NCBI GenBank assembly: GCA_024137785.1
Contig: JAHRHZ010000289.1
Coordinates: forward strand, 29,059,511-29,123,510
Direction: 5' to 3'
DNA length: 64,000 nt
Source: Ginglymostoma cirratum
Taxonomy: Eukaryota
Made by a program: the position numbers and the translations under genes. The notes beneath the pieces were generated by a model that had not been told where the DNA came from, did not search any database, and worked only from the letters and a program-made list of their open reading frames with translations. Below, one piece after another: positions 37,606 through 50,900 of this stretch (the stretch's first letter is position 1; each line of letters begins with the position of its first letter).

Positions 37606-40217
37606 TATCCAAAGGCCAGCAAATAAGCTTATTTAGCAAAAGTTGCCAATGATGATTAATTCACTCAGGGACATAGTTTCTAACGTGATGCCTTTAAAAC
37701 CAGCACAAAAAATTGTGGAAACTCTATTTACCGTGAATGCAATTTATTTAAATTCCCAAAGGTTTTTTTTTCCATTAATGTTGATTTTGGATGACTTGGA
37801 CCACAGCAAACAACACAGCTAAGCTGAAACCCCTGGCTTACACTTCTCAAATCTCCACCAATTAAAACAAAGTATGAGACTCAATACTTGTAATTGTTAA
37901 ACTCCAGTGCCAGGGAGGTTGCTTAGCAATAAGTAATGTGAAGAGAATTGTTAAAAGCACGCTTAATCCCCATTGGCAAGACCTAAATTGTTGTGGTGAG
38001 TTTAGTTTGGTGACTAACGCTCAAACACTTTGCATCTTACAATTCATGAGGCAGACAATCAGGTACAGATTCCTTGAAGCTATGGCAGACAGGGTGCTGT
38101 TACTGTCAATTTTTGGTTTCCCACATTTAACTGTATATTGACCATTGGCCTGAAGTCACCATACTATTTGTTTTAAATAACACAAAGTGTCATTCGATTC
38201 ATCATTACTATGAAAGCAAATTATGGGCCAAGTTGCAATATGTGTCAATTATTCATCAGGTTTCTATTCCAGCAAACACCATCTTGTCTTTCTGAGAGTA
38301 AGGGTCCAATCTTTGGGCCCCAGAATAGGTGTGTAAGGGGGTACAGGGCATTTAATTTGCCAGGGAGGTGGTGGATCGAAGCTATCCCACCTCCACCAGA
38401 ATTAAATTCTGCACAGTGAGGTCCACAGCTAATTGTCTCAGCTTGCTGCTCATTGAGACCCTCCAGTGGACAATTAATAAGCACTACAGTCCTCAACCTG
38501 TTGCTGCTGGGATTGGCCCAGCTACAATCTGGTCTGCCAATAGGTGTCTTTCCCAGAGGGGAAACCCATGTGCAGACTGCTTATCAGATTGTGCAGTAGG
38601 CCAGGAGAGGACAGATTGTGATCATGGGGTAGCTGTTTAAAGCAAACTCATGTCCCCACTGTACAACCACCCTCACACAGCCCTTGTTTCCAGTCCAATC
38701 ATACCCCTTTCCCTGCAAGCCCCATTCATAGAAACCACCGTTCCCTAAACTCCCAGCCTTCCTTTACAAATCATCCACCTTTGCACTGGTCCAATGGACT
38801 CTGCGGTAGCACTCCTGGCAATAGGGATGGCCTTCTAGGCTGCCACATTTAAGAGCTATCATTGCTGATTGGCTGGTAGGTGGACACCTCTGAACTACCC
38901 AACTTGCAGAGGAACTGGCGGGTCTTCTTCAGAAAACGTAGTATGGTCTCTTGTAGCTGATAGGTGAGACACTTGCTGCTATGGAAAGATTGCATCCTAA
39001 GATTTCGGCGAGGTGTCAAAAAGGATAAATAAAGCGTGAAAATAATTATCAGCCAGCTTTTGCCTGTCAGGACTATCAAATAAAACTTGTTAGAAAATGG
39101 AATTCTAAATCAGGAGTTTCAGCAACTTATTAATTTCATCTCTTTGACATTAATTGCATTATTTTAAGAGATGGTAGAGAATTGATTTTTGACAGGCAAT
39201 AGCTACAGACTGGAATAGAGTGAAATAGGAAACTAATTCTGGTGGACACCATGCCCTGGATTTGCACCAAGAATAGAGAACCTAGATTAATGTTTACTAT
39301 TGTATTTGTTCCTATTAAATTGCTGAATAAATTAATAACTGGGTTTTGACACAGGTTTGAAAATGAGCCCATGTCATCTTTAGCTTGGAGAAATTCTGAT
39401 ATAAACATAATCCCGACTCCAGCAGAAAATACCTTTGTCAGGATTCAAACCTGCATGGATCCAATATTTCACTTCAAATTCAGGTTCTAATTGCAGGCTT
39501 TGCTAAGTTCTGTTTTTGAGGTTGCAGTTCTCTTAAAAAATTGTGGGATGTAATTGATTAGTGAGCAATTAAATTCCATTTTAATGACTGGAAAATCTGT
39601 TCCAAGAGTTTTCTCACTGAACTGGGGTTATTTTATTCACACCAAAACATTGGCAGTACTGACAATGCAAATCAGACTGTAAGCATGTAATCTGCATTAT
39701 AAACTGGAAAAGTGGCGTAGAAAAGCAGAAGGACAATTGAGAATTGAGAAGTCTTCTTTAAATTAACTCACTGCATGGTTTTAAATGTAAAAAGAATAAC
39801 ATATTGCTCATACCTACGTTTGTACATCTTTACATGCATAAGTAAATATCATTGCATCAGTTGAAGAAAACCTATTTGGTAAAATATGTTCGTACATCAA
39901 CAGATGAGTTTTATCCATTTTAAGTAAATAAATATATGCATTCATAAGGCAAGATTTCCTTGGTGAAAATAACGTGTAAACACAGTTATGAAGAGTAGTT
40001 TTACGAGTTTGTTAAATAAACCCAGTGTAAATCCTTCCCTCATATATATGTGCGAATACCTGAAAATAATTAACTGCATGTGCAAATACAAACAGATAAA
40101 ATCTTTACGGTTTACAATTTAATATCTTTTATAGTTTAAAGTGATGGTTGTTAAACCAAGGGAGAAACACTATTATTTTTGCTATTGTCGTCAAATAGAA
40201 CAAACTTCTTCTGAAAA

Positions 40218-40766
40218 TGAGATAACAAGCATGGGGCTGGATGAACACAGCAGGTCAAGCAGCATCATAGGAGCAGGAAAANNNNNNNNNNNNNNNNNNN
40301 NNNNNNNNNNNNNNNNNNNNNNNNNNNNNNNNNNNNNNNNNNNNNNNNNNNNNNNNNNNNNNNNNNNNNNNNNNNNNNNNNNNNNNNNNNNNNNNNNNNN
40401 NNNNNNNNNNNNNNNNNNNNNNNNNNNNNNNNNNNNNNNNNNNNNNNNNNNNNNNNNNNNNNNNNNNNNNNNNNNNNNNNNNNNNNNNNNNNNNNNNNNN
40501 NNNNNNNNNNNNNNNNNNNNNNNNNNNNNNNNNNNNNNNNNNNNNNNNNNNNNNNNNNNNNNNNNNNNNNNNNNNNNNNNNNNNNNNNNNNNNNNNNNNN
40601 NNNNNNNNNNNNNNNNNNNNNNNNNNNNNNNNNNNNNNNNNNNNNNNNNNNNNNNNNNNNNNNNNNNNNNNNNNNNNNNNNTGACCTGCTGTGTTCATCC
40701 AGCCCCATGCTTGTTATCTCGTATTCTCCAGCATCTGCAGTACCTTTTATCTCTGATACAATTTTA
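40218..40766. mobile_element. Head-to-head young PLE termini enclosing a 400-N gap
   Basis: Minus-oriented arm before the gap, plus-oriented arm after; candidate TSD cttctgaaaa at 40208-40217 and 40767-40776. Confidence 0.8.
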
Positions 40767-41459
40767 CTTCTGAAAACACTGTGGTCACATTTTTTCACAA
40801 TTTATGTAAATAATAAAAACCTCAATGAAAAAGGAAATACAAACCATGTTACCTTTGTGTGTGGTTATTATTCATCATTTATCCCTTATGGATGATACTC
40901 ATTTTTCTTTTAGAAACTCTCCCAATGATTCCTTTAAAACAAATTATTAAAATTAGAAACATTTGAACCAACATAATTTATACTCTGGAAATTTTGTTTG
41001 TTGGGAGGTGGTAGGGTAGGTTTCCAGGCAATGAAAGTAACTTTGAATTAGACAATACTTTTATAAAATCAAAGTAAAGTTAAAATAGGTTGTGAAAGCA
41101 TATTAGATGTGAGCCTAGATAATTATATACCCACAAAGGGAAGGGAAACAAAAAGCATTACTTCAAAGTTATTCAAAAATAGAACATTATTAGACTGTTG
41201 GAAAATGAATTACAGTGATTCGTAACTTTCTCATCAAGATTTTGGAATACCTTATTGTTCCAAACCTGCAAGAAAGTAGTACATGCGAATGTCTATGGAA
41301 TTATTGTCTGCTACTTGGGAGAAGGAATATTATACCCTTGCAGTTTGTAACTACGTATTAGGACTGATATATCAGGATTTGAAAATAAGCAACAAACTGG
41401 CCAGTTGGAGACTGAAGTATGGATGTAGAAGCAGTGTGAATGAGGTAAGCTTAATTAGT

Positions 41460-42020
41460 GTATTAAAAACAGAAAATTCTGGAAATACTCAACACATCTG
41501 GCAGCCTCTGTGGGGAAGGAAGCAGAGTTAATGTTTTACAGCAAATATGATTCCTTTTCAGAATGAAGGAAAGTAGAAATGTGATGGGATTGAGACTGTT
41601 CAAGGGAGGGGAGATGGAGGAAGAATATAAGAGAAGGGTTGTGATTGGGAAGATGGCAGGAGAGATTAAATGACAAGGGTGTAACAGAATGAAAGGTTAT
41701 GGTAATTGGTATAGTAAAACAACAAATCATATTTTGTATCTGTTATTGGCAGAATATTGGTAGGTCCAAATACCATGGGGAAGGGAAGAGGCGTTGAGGT
41801 GGTAGAAGAATGGACTAGGTGTCACAAACACAATGGTCTCTTCAGCACAGACAGGAATGAATAGAAGAAGCTGTGTTTGATGATGGCATCCTGCTAGAGG
41901 TGGCGAAGGATGATTCTTCGAATGCCGAATCTGGTGTGGTAGAAAATGAGAATAAGAGGAATCCTTATTGTACTTCTGGAAGACAGGGGAAGGGGTGAGA
42001 GCAGAAATGGGCCAGACACA
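41460..42020 (-). mobile_element. Ancient PLE 3' fragment
   Basis: aaaacagaaaattctggaaatactcaac...ggcagcctctgtgggg...cttttcagaa terminus followed by a purine-rich tract. Confidence 0.55.
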
Positions 42021-42139
42021 GTCGAAGGGCTACAATGGGGCGGCGGTTAAATAGGCCTCAGTGCTACTATATATTCATCCAGCATAGGTACAGGCCCTTC
42101 AGCCCAGTGTGTCTATACTACCTAACAAACACCAAACTG

Positions 42140-42480
42140 CACAAGATGCACTGCAGAAATTCACCAAAGATCCTCAGACAGCACTTTCCAAACCCATGAC
42201 TACTTCCATCTAGAAGGACAAGGGCGGCAGCCATATGGGAACACCACTACCTTCAGGTTCCCCTCCAAACCACTCACCATCCTGACTTGGAAATATATTG
42301 CTGTTCCTTCACTGTCACTAGGTCAAAATCCTGGAATTCCCTCCATAATGGCATTGTGGGTCAACTAATAACAGGTGGGCTGCAGCGGTTCAAGAAGGCA
42401 GCTCACCACTACCATCTCTAGGGCAACTAGGGATGGGTAAGAAATACTACCAGCCAGCGATTCCCACATCCCAACAATGA
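42140..42480 (+). mobile_element. LINE 3' end (SINE A partner family)
   Basis: ccatctagaaggacaagggcggcag...gggcaactagggatgggtaagaaat...ccagccagcgattcccacatccc. Confidence 0.85.
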
Positions 42481-42489
42481 GTAGAAATT

Positions 42490-43330
42490 CGATTTACCTA
42501 CTTTTGGTCCATAACCTACCATGCTTTGACAATTTAACCGCTAATCCAGATGGTCCTTAAATGTTGTGCGATTATCTACATTTACCACCTTCTCAGCCAG
42601 CATGTTCCATATTTCTACTACCCTCTGGATGAAAAAATTCTTTCTCAGATCCTGTCTAAACCACTTAATCCTCACCTTAAACTTATGCTCTCTGGCCTTA
42701 GACATATGTGCCATGGAAAGATTCATACGTTCAATTCTGGCCCTCTGTCTCACATTTTCTATACCTCAACTGGATACCCCCTCAGCCTCCTCTACTCCAG
42801 GGAAAACAAACCAGGCTATTCAGTCTCTCCTGAAAATTGAGAATTTCCATCCCAGGAACATCTTGGTGAAACTCCTGTGCACCCTTTCCAGTGCAATCAC
42901 TGTTGGGTTTGTGCGTCGATCAGAACTGCACATGGTATTCCATCTGTGGCCTAACCAATCTTTTATAAAGTGCAAAAAGATATTCTACATCCCTGTTAAT
43001 GAAGGCAAGCATCCTGTATGCCTTCTTCACCACTCTGTCTACCTGTGCTGACACCCTCAGAGATCTATGCACTTGTACGCCTTGGTCTCTGCTTCTCCAC
43101 ACTCCCTAGGGACCTACCTTTATCATATATGCTCTTCCCTTATTAGATCTCCTGAAATGCCTCACCTTGCACTTACCAGGGTTAAGTTCCATTTGCCATC
43201 GCTGTGCTCAATTTACCAGCTGATCAAGATCAGATTGTAACCTGAGGCCATCCTCCTCAGTATCAATAACATCAAAAATATTCATGTCGTCTGTAAGCTT
43301 ATTAATTATACCTTCTGCATTCACATTCAA
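42490..43330 (-). mobile_element. CR1 LINE 3' part
   Basis: Minus ORFs FRQDLRKNFFIQRVVEIWNMLAEKVV and QVDRVVKKAYRMLAFINR...LVRPQMEYHVQF. Confidence 0.9.
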
Positions 43331-43596
43331 GTTGTGTATCATCTACTTCCATCTTCCTCCGCTGCTTGCAAAGCAACAGTATAAGCATGACATTCAATGA
43401 TTCTAGTAACTTGCTTTTAAAAAGTAAAGCAATTCATTCCTCAGTCCTTTCCTCAATTCATTCCTCAAAAGGAAAGTAAAATAAAAAAAAATGCAGCCTT
43501 TTTTACAGGACTCCATTTAATCCTACCAGTTTCTCCACTTCCGGTGCATCTATTGCAATGAGGTTACCGGCTATAACACGGCTTCTGATCTGTCAT

Positions 43597-43784
43597 AGAT
43601 AGTAAGGACTGCAGATGCTGGAGTCAGAGATAACACAGTGTGGAGCTGGAGGAATACAGCAGGCTAGGCAGCATCAGTGGAGCAGGAAAGTTGACATTTT
43701 GGGATCCTGACCCAAAACATCAACTTTCCTGCTCCTCTGATGCTGCCTGGCCTGCTGCATTTCTCCAGCTCCACGCTGTATTAT
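43597..43784. mobile_element. Fold-back pair of older PLE termini with TSD
   Basis: gtggagctggaggaatacagcaggctaggcagcatcag / ctgatgctgcctggcctgctgcatttctccagctccac; flanks ttctg(a/t)tctgtcat at 43583-43596 and 43785-43798. Confidence 0.85.
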
Positions 43785-45369
43785 TTCTGTTCTGTCATCC
43801 TGCTTTCTCAACTGGAACAAGGAAGCACATTTTACTTGGGGCCCAGGATGTCCAAAGAACCAAGACGTCTTTCTTCATGTTTATGGGAAAGGAAGAAAAA
43901 GCTGTTGGAAACAAATTTATGAAGGCTTGTGTAATTTTAATTTGCACACATTATTTGTTATTCTATGCAGTTGTATGTTATAAATATCAGAATTGCATGG
44001 GGAATCGATATAAATGTCCTCTTTTCCATTTCTCTGTCCTTGCTTTCTAAGCAATTCATCTGTAACATCTTCCAATCCCACTTAAAGTGTCATAGACACA
44101 AAACATTAATTTAATCTTTGTTTTCTTTCTTCCTGGTTATTGCCTGACCTGCAGAATCTTTCCAATGTTTTCCTCTTTTAAAATTATTTTTCTGTTGGTG
44201 CAGGCTTCCGAATCTTAACTCCATCAACTGTAAGCTATTGTCATGGTGATGAGCTGCAGGCTAAGACTAGCAAAAATAAAGCATGTTTTTGCAAATTTCA
44301 AGAGATGTTCTTTGCATTTTTAAACGTATTTATGCCCTGAATAGACTACCTACAGAATCATCTAAAAGTCAAAATTCAGCTACAGCGCAGCATATTTCAG
44401 AGAGAAGATAATTTTTCGTAACATCTAGTTGTAGATTTCTTGTTCTTTATGGTTGAATAACCATAAGCCTAAAGATCACTTCTGAGTTATTAAACCCACT
44501 TGTCAAGAGCTAGTGTCATAATGTTCGTTCAACTGGTTGCACCTACGTGAGGAATTTGGGCAAATTTCAATACATTATTTAATGGTTCTGATTCTTGTGT
44601 ATGGAAACTTTCAGTTATTTAACAAAATCTGGGTTGCCTTTGTCAGGAAACCTTTAAATCCTCAATGCTGAAATTGCAGTACTTTGAGCAGACTGTATTA
44701 TTTATTTTTAGGGCAGGAGAAATGCATTACAACTTCCTTTTCAGTGCCTGTGCTGGCACATTGTACAGTGTGGCACAAATTATGCCACTAATGTTGCAGC
44801 ATCAGTATAGATTCAAGATAGTACTTCAATCATTTTAAAATGGATACTGACTAGACACTGAGTAGCTCTGTACTCTTATGCATTGGCATATAATTTGCCT
44901 TCCAGTATTGTACTATTGTGGCATTACCCTAGATTCACATTGCAAAATAATCAATGGCCCTGAATTGGTCTCTTCCAATATGCATTGCACATGTTGGTTA
45001 TTATAGCAAGACCCCTTCTGAAGGAAAGGTTCAGGAGATTAGGTTTCAACTCAGTCTAGGCCAACTATTAGATATAATAAAGAAAAAAAAAACTCAGTGT
45101 TTTTAGGAAACAAAAGTGCAGGTTATGATCTAATTTAATGTCATATTAAGTACAGAGTGATTGTATTTTTAAAACCACAACGAGATGAACGCAAGTTTTA
45201 TAACACGCACTGACTCTTCAGTTCATCAATTTAAGTTTCAATAGGCTAAGACAAAAATATTTAATACTCAGATGTGTACTCCACAATTTATTTTACGTAC
45301 TGTGTCATCAATGCCTTGGCTGTTTGTATTGCAATTCTGAATTAAAGGGTCATTGGCTGAATTTCTGTT

Positions 45370-45738
45370 CCAGGATTTCAAGCTGGCCCTTAAGTACAGA
45401 ATAGAGACTTTGCAGTCAGAGCTATGCTGACTTTCGGATGACATTGTAAACTGATGTCCAATCTCCATTTTCAGGATGGCATAAAAGATTCCTTGTTGCT
45501 ATTTCAGGATAAGGCAGTTGTGCTTGATGCCCTCGCCAGTATTTATCCCACTATCAACAACATGAAAACCAATGACATGGTCGTGATCACATGACTGTTT
45601 CTGAGCGTTTGCTACAAAATAGTTAATCTTACAAGACAACAATGTACTTCTTCATATGCACTTCCCTGGATGTAAAGTGCTTTGGATTTTCTGGTGCTCA
45701 TAAAAGATGCCATAAGAATGCAAATCTTTGTCTTTTTT
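45370..45738 (+). mobile_element. DeuSINE (SacSINE1-like)
   Basis: ctttcggatgacattgtaaactga Deu motif, atttatcccac, L2-type tail tgtaaagtgctttgg...aatgcaaatctttgtctttt. Confidence 0.7.
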
Positions 45739-48289
45739 TATATGGACACACAGAATGATTTTGAACATAATAGCCAAGTTTTATCAAATGGATTAAGAGA
45801 ATTCAGGTTTGTACTTAATGTTAGCTTTACAAATATCTGAATCCTAATATCACACCAACCAATGGAAACTTTTGACACATATGTAACATAAGGATTTAAG
45901 AAGCCACCTGAAACAGTTGTTGCCATCTGTCCATGTTATATCAACAAAACAATTAAAGACTTGTTGGTGTGGCATTATTTCCGCATGGATATGTTGAGAT
46001 CAGTATGTTTATTATTTTGTTAACTTCATATAAGTGAATGAATATTAAAGTTACAGAATTATATAAAGAATTAAAAATAAACATATTGTCATTGAATGGA
46101 TAATTTATTAATATTACTTTGTGATCTGCAAATACCAACATTAATTGGTCATAATTACGTCAAACAGAGTGGCCTTTCAGGTGCTTGAACCGGTTCCAAA
46201 TTTCAGGTGGATCATGGCATGTCTGTGCCTTTATTAATTTTCATTCTATCAGCTTTAATGTCTTTTCTTGACCAAAAAAATCAATTTCAGTTCTGATATT
46301 TTTCATTGACCTAATAGCAATAGATTTTTGGAGAACAAACTTTAGTTTTACAATACCCTTTGTGTGAAAATGGATTTCCTGACACCACTCCTGAGTGGAT
46401 CAGCTCCATTTTTTGAGTTCTGTCCTTGTTATTATCAGGACTACCATTTTAGCAGAGTACGCATGGTTAGCCGCTGCCACAGATAAAAATGCTGCTGGAA
46501 TATGAGCATTAGTCCATGATGATGACACTAAGCAGAAGCAGAATCATTTTCTGGCTTCCAACAGAGGAATTTTTTTTTCTATCCACCCTATCAATTCCTT
46601 TAATCATCTTAAAGATCTCAATTTGATCGCCTCTTGATTTTTTTGTACACATGGGATGACAACCTGTCCTCATCATGTAACCCTTTTCTCTCTGGTATTC
46701 TCTTGGTGTCTGCTGGAGTGCATGATGAAAGGAAATTCTGTGTCTCTCCTTAATTATTAAACTATAAAAATAAACTCACGTATTTATGGCTCTCATGTAA
46801 TATCTCAAAAATTGTCCAAAGCACTTCAGTGCAATGCTTACGTTTATTGAGAGCTGAAAGAGGTAAATAAATTTGTAGGTCAAGGAAAAATCCAAAAAAT
46901 GGCATGTGCAACATTGCACTGGAGTGTGAGCTTACATTATGTGCTCAAACTATGGATTGAGGAGTTGACCCTTGTGGATCAACTGAGAGTCATTTATGAT
47001 TATAAAAGAAACTTGAATATGAATATGAACTTGAATATCTGTAAATAGGACACAGATCATTGGTAATCTAAGGAGAAAAGGTGAGTACAAATATTTTAAC
47101 TGCCCCATTACTCTGCAGTTAATAAGTAGAAGTGATGCCTTACAAGTTGCCATATAATAAGCAGTTAATAGTTCACGCAAAACACATTGGTACATGAGCA
47201 GCAAATGTCCACAGTTTAAGAAACTGATTCATAATACAAAGCTGAATTACAGAATTATTGAAATGGTTAGCAGCACCCTCTGCTGGTTCTACTATTGAGA
47301 AGATCAAAACAAATTGGAAATGGTGGGGTGGGGGGGGCGCTGAATGAATAGTTATTTTTTGTACAGTAGTACCTAACCTTACAGATCAGCAAGCTTACAG
47401 AGCATAGTAAACATATTGGAAGATTTAACAGAGTGTGGCAATGGATGTTTTGAGCTTTTTTTTGTCGGTATTTATCTCTCAAAGAACACAGATTTAATGA
47501 ATTAGAAGTGAGGATTAGGGGGAAGTTGAAATCATTTCATCCAGAGACTAGGGGCTAGAAGCAGAAAATTGATTAGGTTAAAAAGGTACAAGAATATGTG
47601 TTTGAAATGCCATAATCTAATACAACAAACTAAGATTTGGAAGGTGGAATTAGGCTGGATAGATCTTCTCGTGGTCTGTAAACCCATAATGAATCAAATA
47701 TCTCCCTTCTGAGGCATAAATTTCCATGATTGCATTATAACGGCTCATTTATAAAAAGTTTGAACTGAGAAAGGGAAGATTGATCCACAAATGTAAGGTT
47801 TTGTGTTAATCACTGTGATCAATCAAGGATGTTGGAACACAAAATTTAGTCTTATCAGGCTGAAGCCTCAAGGTGTTGTCTGACTATCAGCTCAATAAAA
47901 GCCCTTGTACTTGCTTTAAATTAGAAACAAATTGGGCAAGATTATCAACGTTGAGTCAGGATTGAAAACTAACATCATGGATCAGTGCAACTATTGTAGG
48001 TCTTATCTGCATTTGATAAAAATACAAAATATTCTGTTAAGGCTGCACTGATTCATTGAGGAGAACGAGTTCCATTCAAGTACACAGCAGAAGCTCTGAA
48101 ATAAAAGGATCACCTGGAGGATGGGGAACAATTCAGGTTGTGATTAGCCTATTGCTGCCCCATCCAGCCAAATGAGAATTTGTCTCCTTTCAGCAAACAT
48201 TTGGGATTATCACTGGTTGCTTCATCCCGTCGGCTCTATGTAAATGTGGATAGAGGTGGGTCCTAGGTCATTAGTGGAAATCATTCCCA

Positions 48290-48610
48290 CAAATTCAAGA
48301 ACAGTTTCTTCCCTGCTGTTATCAGGCTTTTGAACAGACCTCTCAAATTAAATTATGATCTATTTCTCTGCACCTTCTTTGTAACACTGTACTTTGTTCT
48401 GCTACCTTGACGCACTTCATATGGTGTGATCTGTCTGTATAGATGTCGCTGGAAATGGCGACAGTGTACACTTACCACTATATTCATGCACTTCTCTACT
48501 TGAGTACACATGACAATAAAATCTAATTTTAATTCTAATTCTATAGAATGCAAAACAACACTTCTCACTGTATCTTGATACATGTGACAACAATAAATCC
48601 ATCAATCAAT
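48290..48610 (+). mobile_element. Rex1/Babar-like LINE 3' end with a second nested tail
   Basis: aaattcaagaacagtttcttccctgctgttatcaggcttttgaac encodes KFKNSFFPAVIRLLN; two tgacaa(c)ataaa tails. Confidence 0.75.
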
Positions 48611-48979
48611 AATTTGCCTCTTTACCAGAGCTCCAAACCTTTCAAGTGTAATATTGTAATGAGCCCTGGAAAGCTAGTGCAAAAGTCCTGAAGTCTCCAC
48701 TGCCTCTTCTGCTCTAGGTTTAATCCAGCATTTTCGTGCTGAAGACCTACATTGAAGCCATCTTTGGTATCCTTTGGCCCATTTAAGGTCCTTTGATACA
48801 TTTTTAGGTACTGCAACACCATCAGCCTGCATGTGTAAATCCAGTAGTATTGCACAATGGGGGAGAATGGGAAGATTGTTCTTTTCTGTCTGACCAAACG
48901 CAGATACATTGTATTGGAAACTTAAGTCCTTTGAGTGCTATGATTGTGAAGAACAGAAAAAGACAGTTTGTTTATATTT

Positions 48980-49545
48980 GCTTATGGGATGGGGGTGTCA
49001 CCAGTGAGCCAGCATGTATTGCCCATCCTTAGTTGTCCTTGAGAAATGAGAGATTTTTTTTTGAACTGCTGCTTTCCATTTAGTGGAGGCAGACTCATGA
49101 TGCATTAGGGAGGGACTTCCAAGATTTTGACCCCTTAATTTAGAAGGATCGGTTTCCAATTCAGGATGATGCGTGGCTTTGAGGTGATCTTGCAGTGATG
49201 TCATTCCCATGTATCTGCTGCTCTTGCCCTTCTAGCTACTAGTGGTCATGACTTTGGAAGGTGTTGTCTAAGGACACTTGATGAATTGGTTCTGTGCATC
49301 TTGCAAATGGTACATACTACTGCGACCAAGATTGGGTGATTGAGGGAGTGATTATTGAAGGTGGTGAATAGGGATACTAATCATTTAGTCTGCTTTTCCC
49401 TGGATAGCGTCAAGCTTTTGGAATGTTATTGGAACCATAGTCATCCAAGCAAGTGAAGAATATTCCATCACACTCCTGAACTGAGCCTTGTTGATGGTGG
49501 ACATGCTTTGGGAAGTCAAGAGGTGAGGTGCTTGCATTTTTACAT
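48980..49545 (-). mobile_element. LINE 3' end (SINE A partner family)
   Basis: Minus ORF STINKAQFRSVMEYSSLAW...KLDAIQGKA; tail tattgcccatcc. Confidence 0.8.
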
Positions 49546-50754
49546 TTGATTCTCTCAATACGGCAGCTTGGATCATTACAGACCTGACTATTTCCTTCTG
49601 GTTCACTTCATAAATAAAGGTTGGTAAGTTCTGTCAATGGATTCACACCAGCCTATTGCCGCAGCAGTAAATTTCTTGAGGGACAGCCAAACCTTTGTCA
49701 TGAAGGAAATGAAGATGATAGAAGCAGTCACATTTTGGGAGTTAACTACTGGAGCCTGACTTGGAAACATTTTGGAAAAAGTACAACAAAGCTGCCTCAG
49801 TAAAGCAATGCTTACCACAGCACATTACCTAAGTGAAGGTGAAAAAATGATCCCTGGTACTAATTGCCCACAAGTACATTCCAAATTAATCTGCACTTAA
49901 AATAAACTACAGCTTTTTGTTTTATTTATTTGGCAGTATTCACAGCCAAAAAACGTTGCAGCAGCAATTGACAATGAGCCATATGATCTGTTTACTTTTT
50001 AAGTCCCTTTTACAGTTATCTTTGCGAATACATTTGTCAAAACTATGATATAAACTGCTGTCATCTGCATTGTTGACCACAATAAATATTGTAAAATTGT
50101 ATCTTTTAGAATTATTGATTTGACAGTGTGCTGATTATATGCAATATTGTGTTTTTTGCTGAAAAATTAGTTTAATTATATGGAGAAAAAAAATCCTTAT
50201 TATGTTCCTAGATAACTAATATGGATAACAGAGATAAAAGGATACAGCTGTTTATTTAAGATTAGATATAAATTGAGATTTCGCATGATCAAAGAGCACC
50301 TTGATTAGTATAAAGTTTTACCATCTATAGTTTCCGAGTTCTTTTTTGTAGTGAGCAAGCAGTGTGGATTTAGAAAAACGTACAGCCATCTCAATTAATT
50401 CTTACCAGCAGTTCACAAAGACTACTCACCTGTCCATTTTTGTAATTCTATGTTGAAAAATATTCATCATTCCTGGAGTCCTCAAGTCTTCCTTCCTGGT
50501 CTTGGCATTCCTGTTGGTACGTATTTGATCAATTATCAGAGAACATGCTTCTGTTCATTTTCAATAGCTCAGTAGCTGAGCATGAGAGATAACAATTACA
50601 GCCCCAAAGATCTTGGGATGAGGGATGCTTCTATGACAAAGCAAAAATGTCAGTGGGTTCTGAAATTTAGGATATTTTTCAAATCTGCCTTCTCACTTAT
50701 TATTGTACGTAAGCCGACATTGACACACACTGACATGAAAACAAAACCCCACAG

Positions 50755-50790
50755 ATTTCTGATGAAGGGTTTAGGCCCGAAACGTCAAGT
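50755..50790 (+). ncRNA. Minimal type I hammerhead ribozyme motif
   Basis: Stem I AUUU/AAGU, CUGAUGA, stem II GGGU-UUAG-GCCC, GAAA, ACGU, GUC site. Confidence 0.8.
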
Positions 50791-50900
50791 TTTCCTGCTC
50801 CTATGATGCTGCTTGACCTGCTGTGTTCATCCAGCCCCATGCCTGTTATCTCGGATTCTCCAGCATCTGCAGTACCTTTTATCTCTGATACAATTTTAAC
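50755..50900 (+). mobile_element. Young solo PLE terminal unit starting at the hammerhead, 8-bp candidate TSD
   Basis: atttctgatgaagggtttaggcccgaaacgtcaagt...atctctgatacaatttta; ccccacag at 50747-50754 and 50903-50910. Confidence 0.9.

Noticed and set aside
38320-39070. GC-richer blocks (also about 8300-8600, 56930-57260 and 60830-61430) resembling old non-autonomous DNA transposons
   Set aside because: Plausible but ends and family cannot be supported from the sequence alone
39425-39465. B-box-like gcaggtttgaatcctg on the minus strand
   Set aside because: Too short; no A box or tRNA structure
40141-40798. Long ORFs of 147-210 aa
   Set aside because: Artefacts of translating through the N gap
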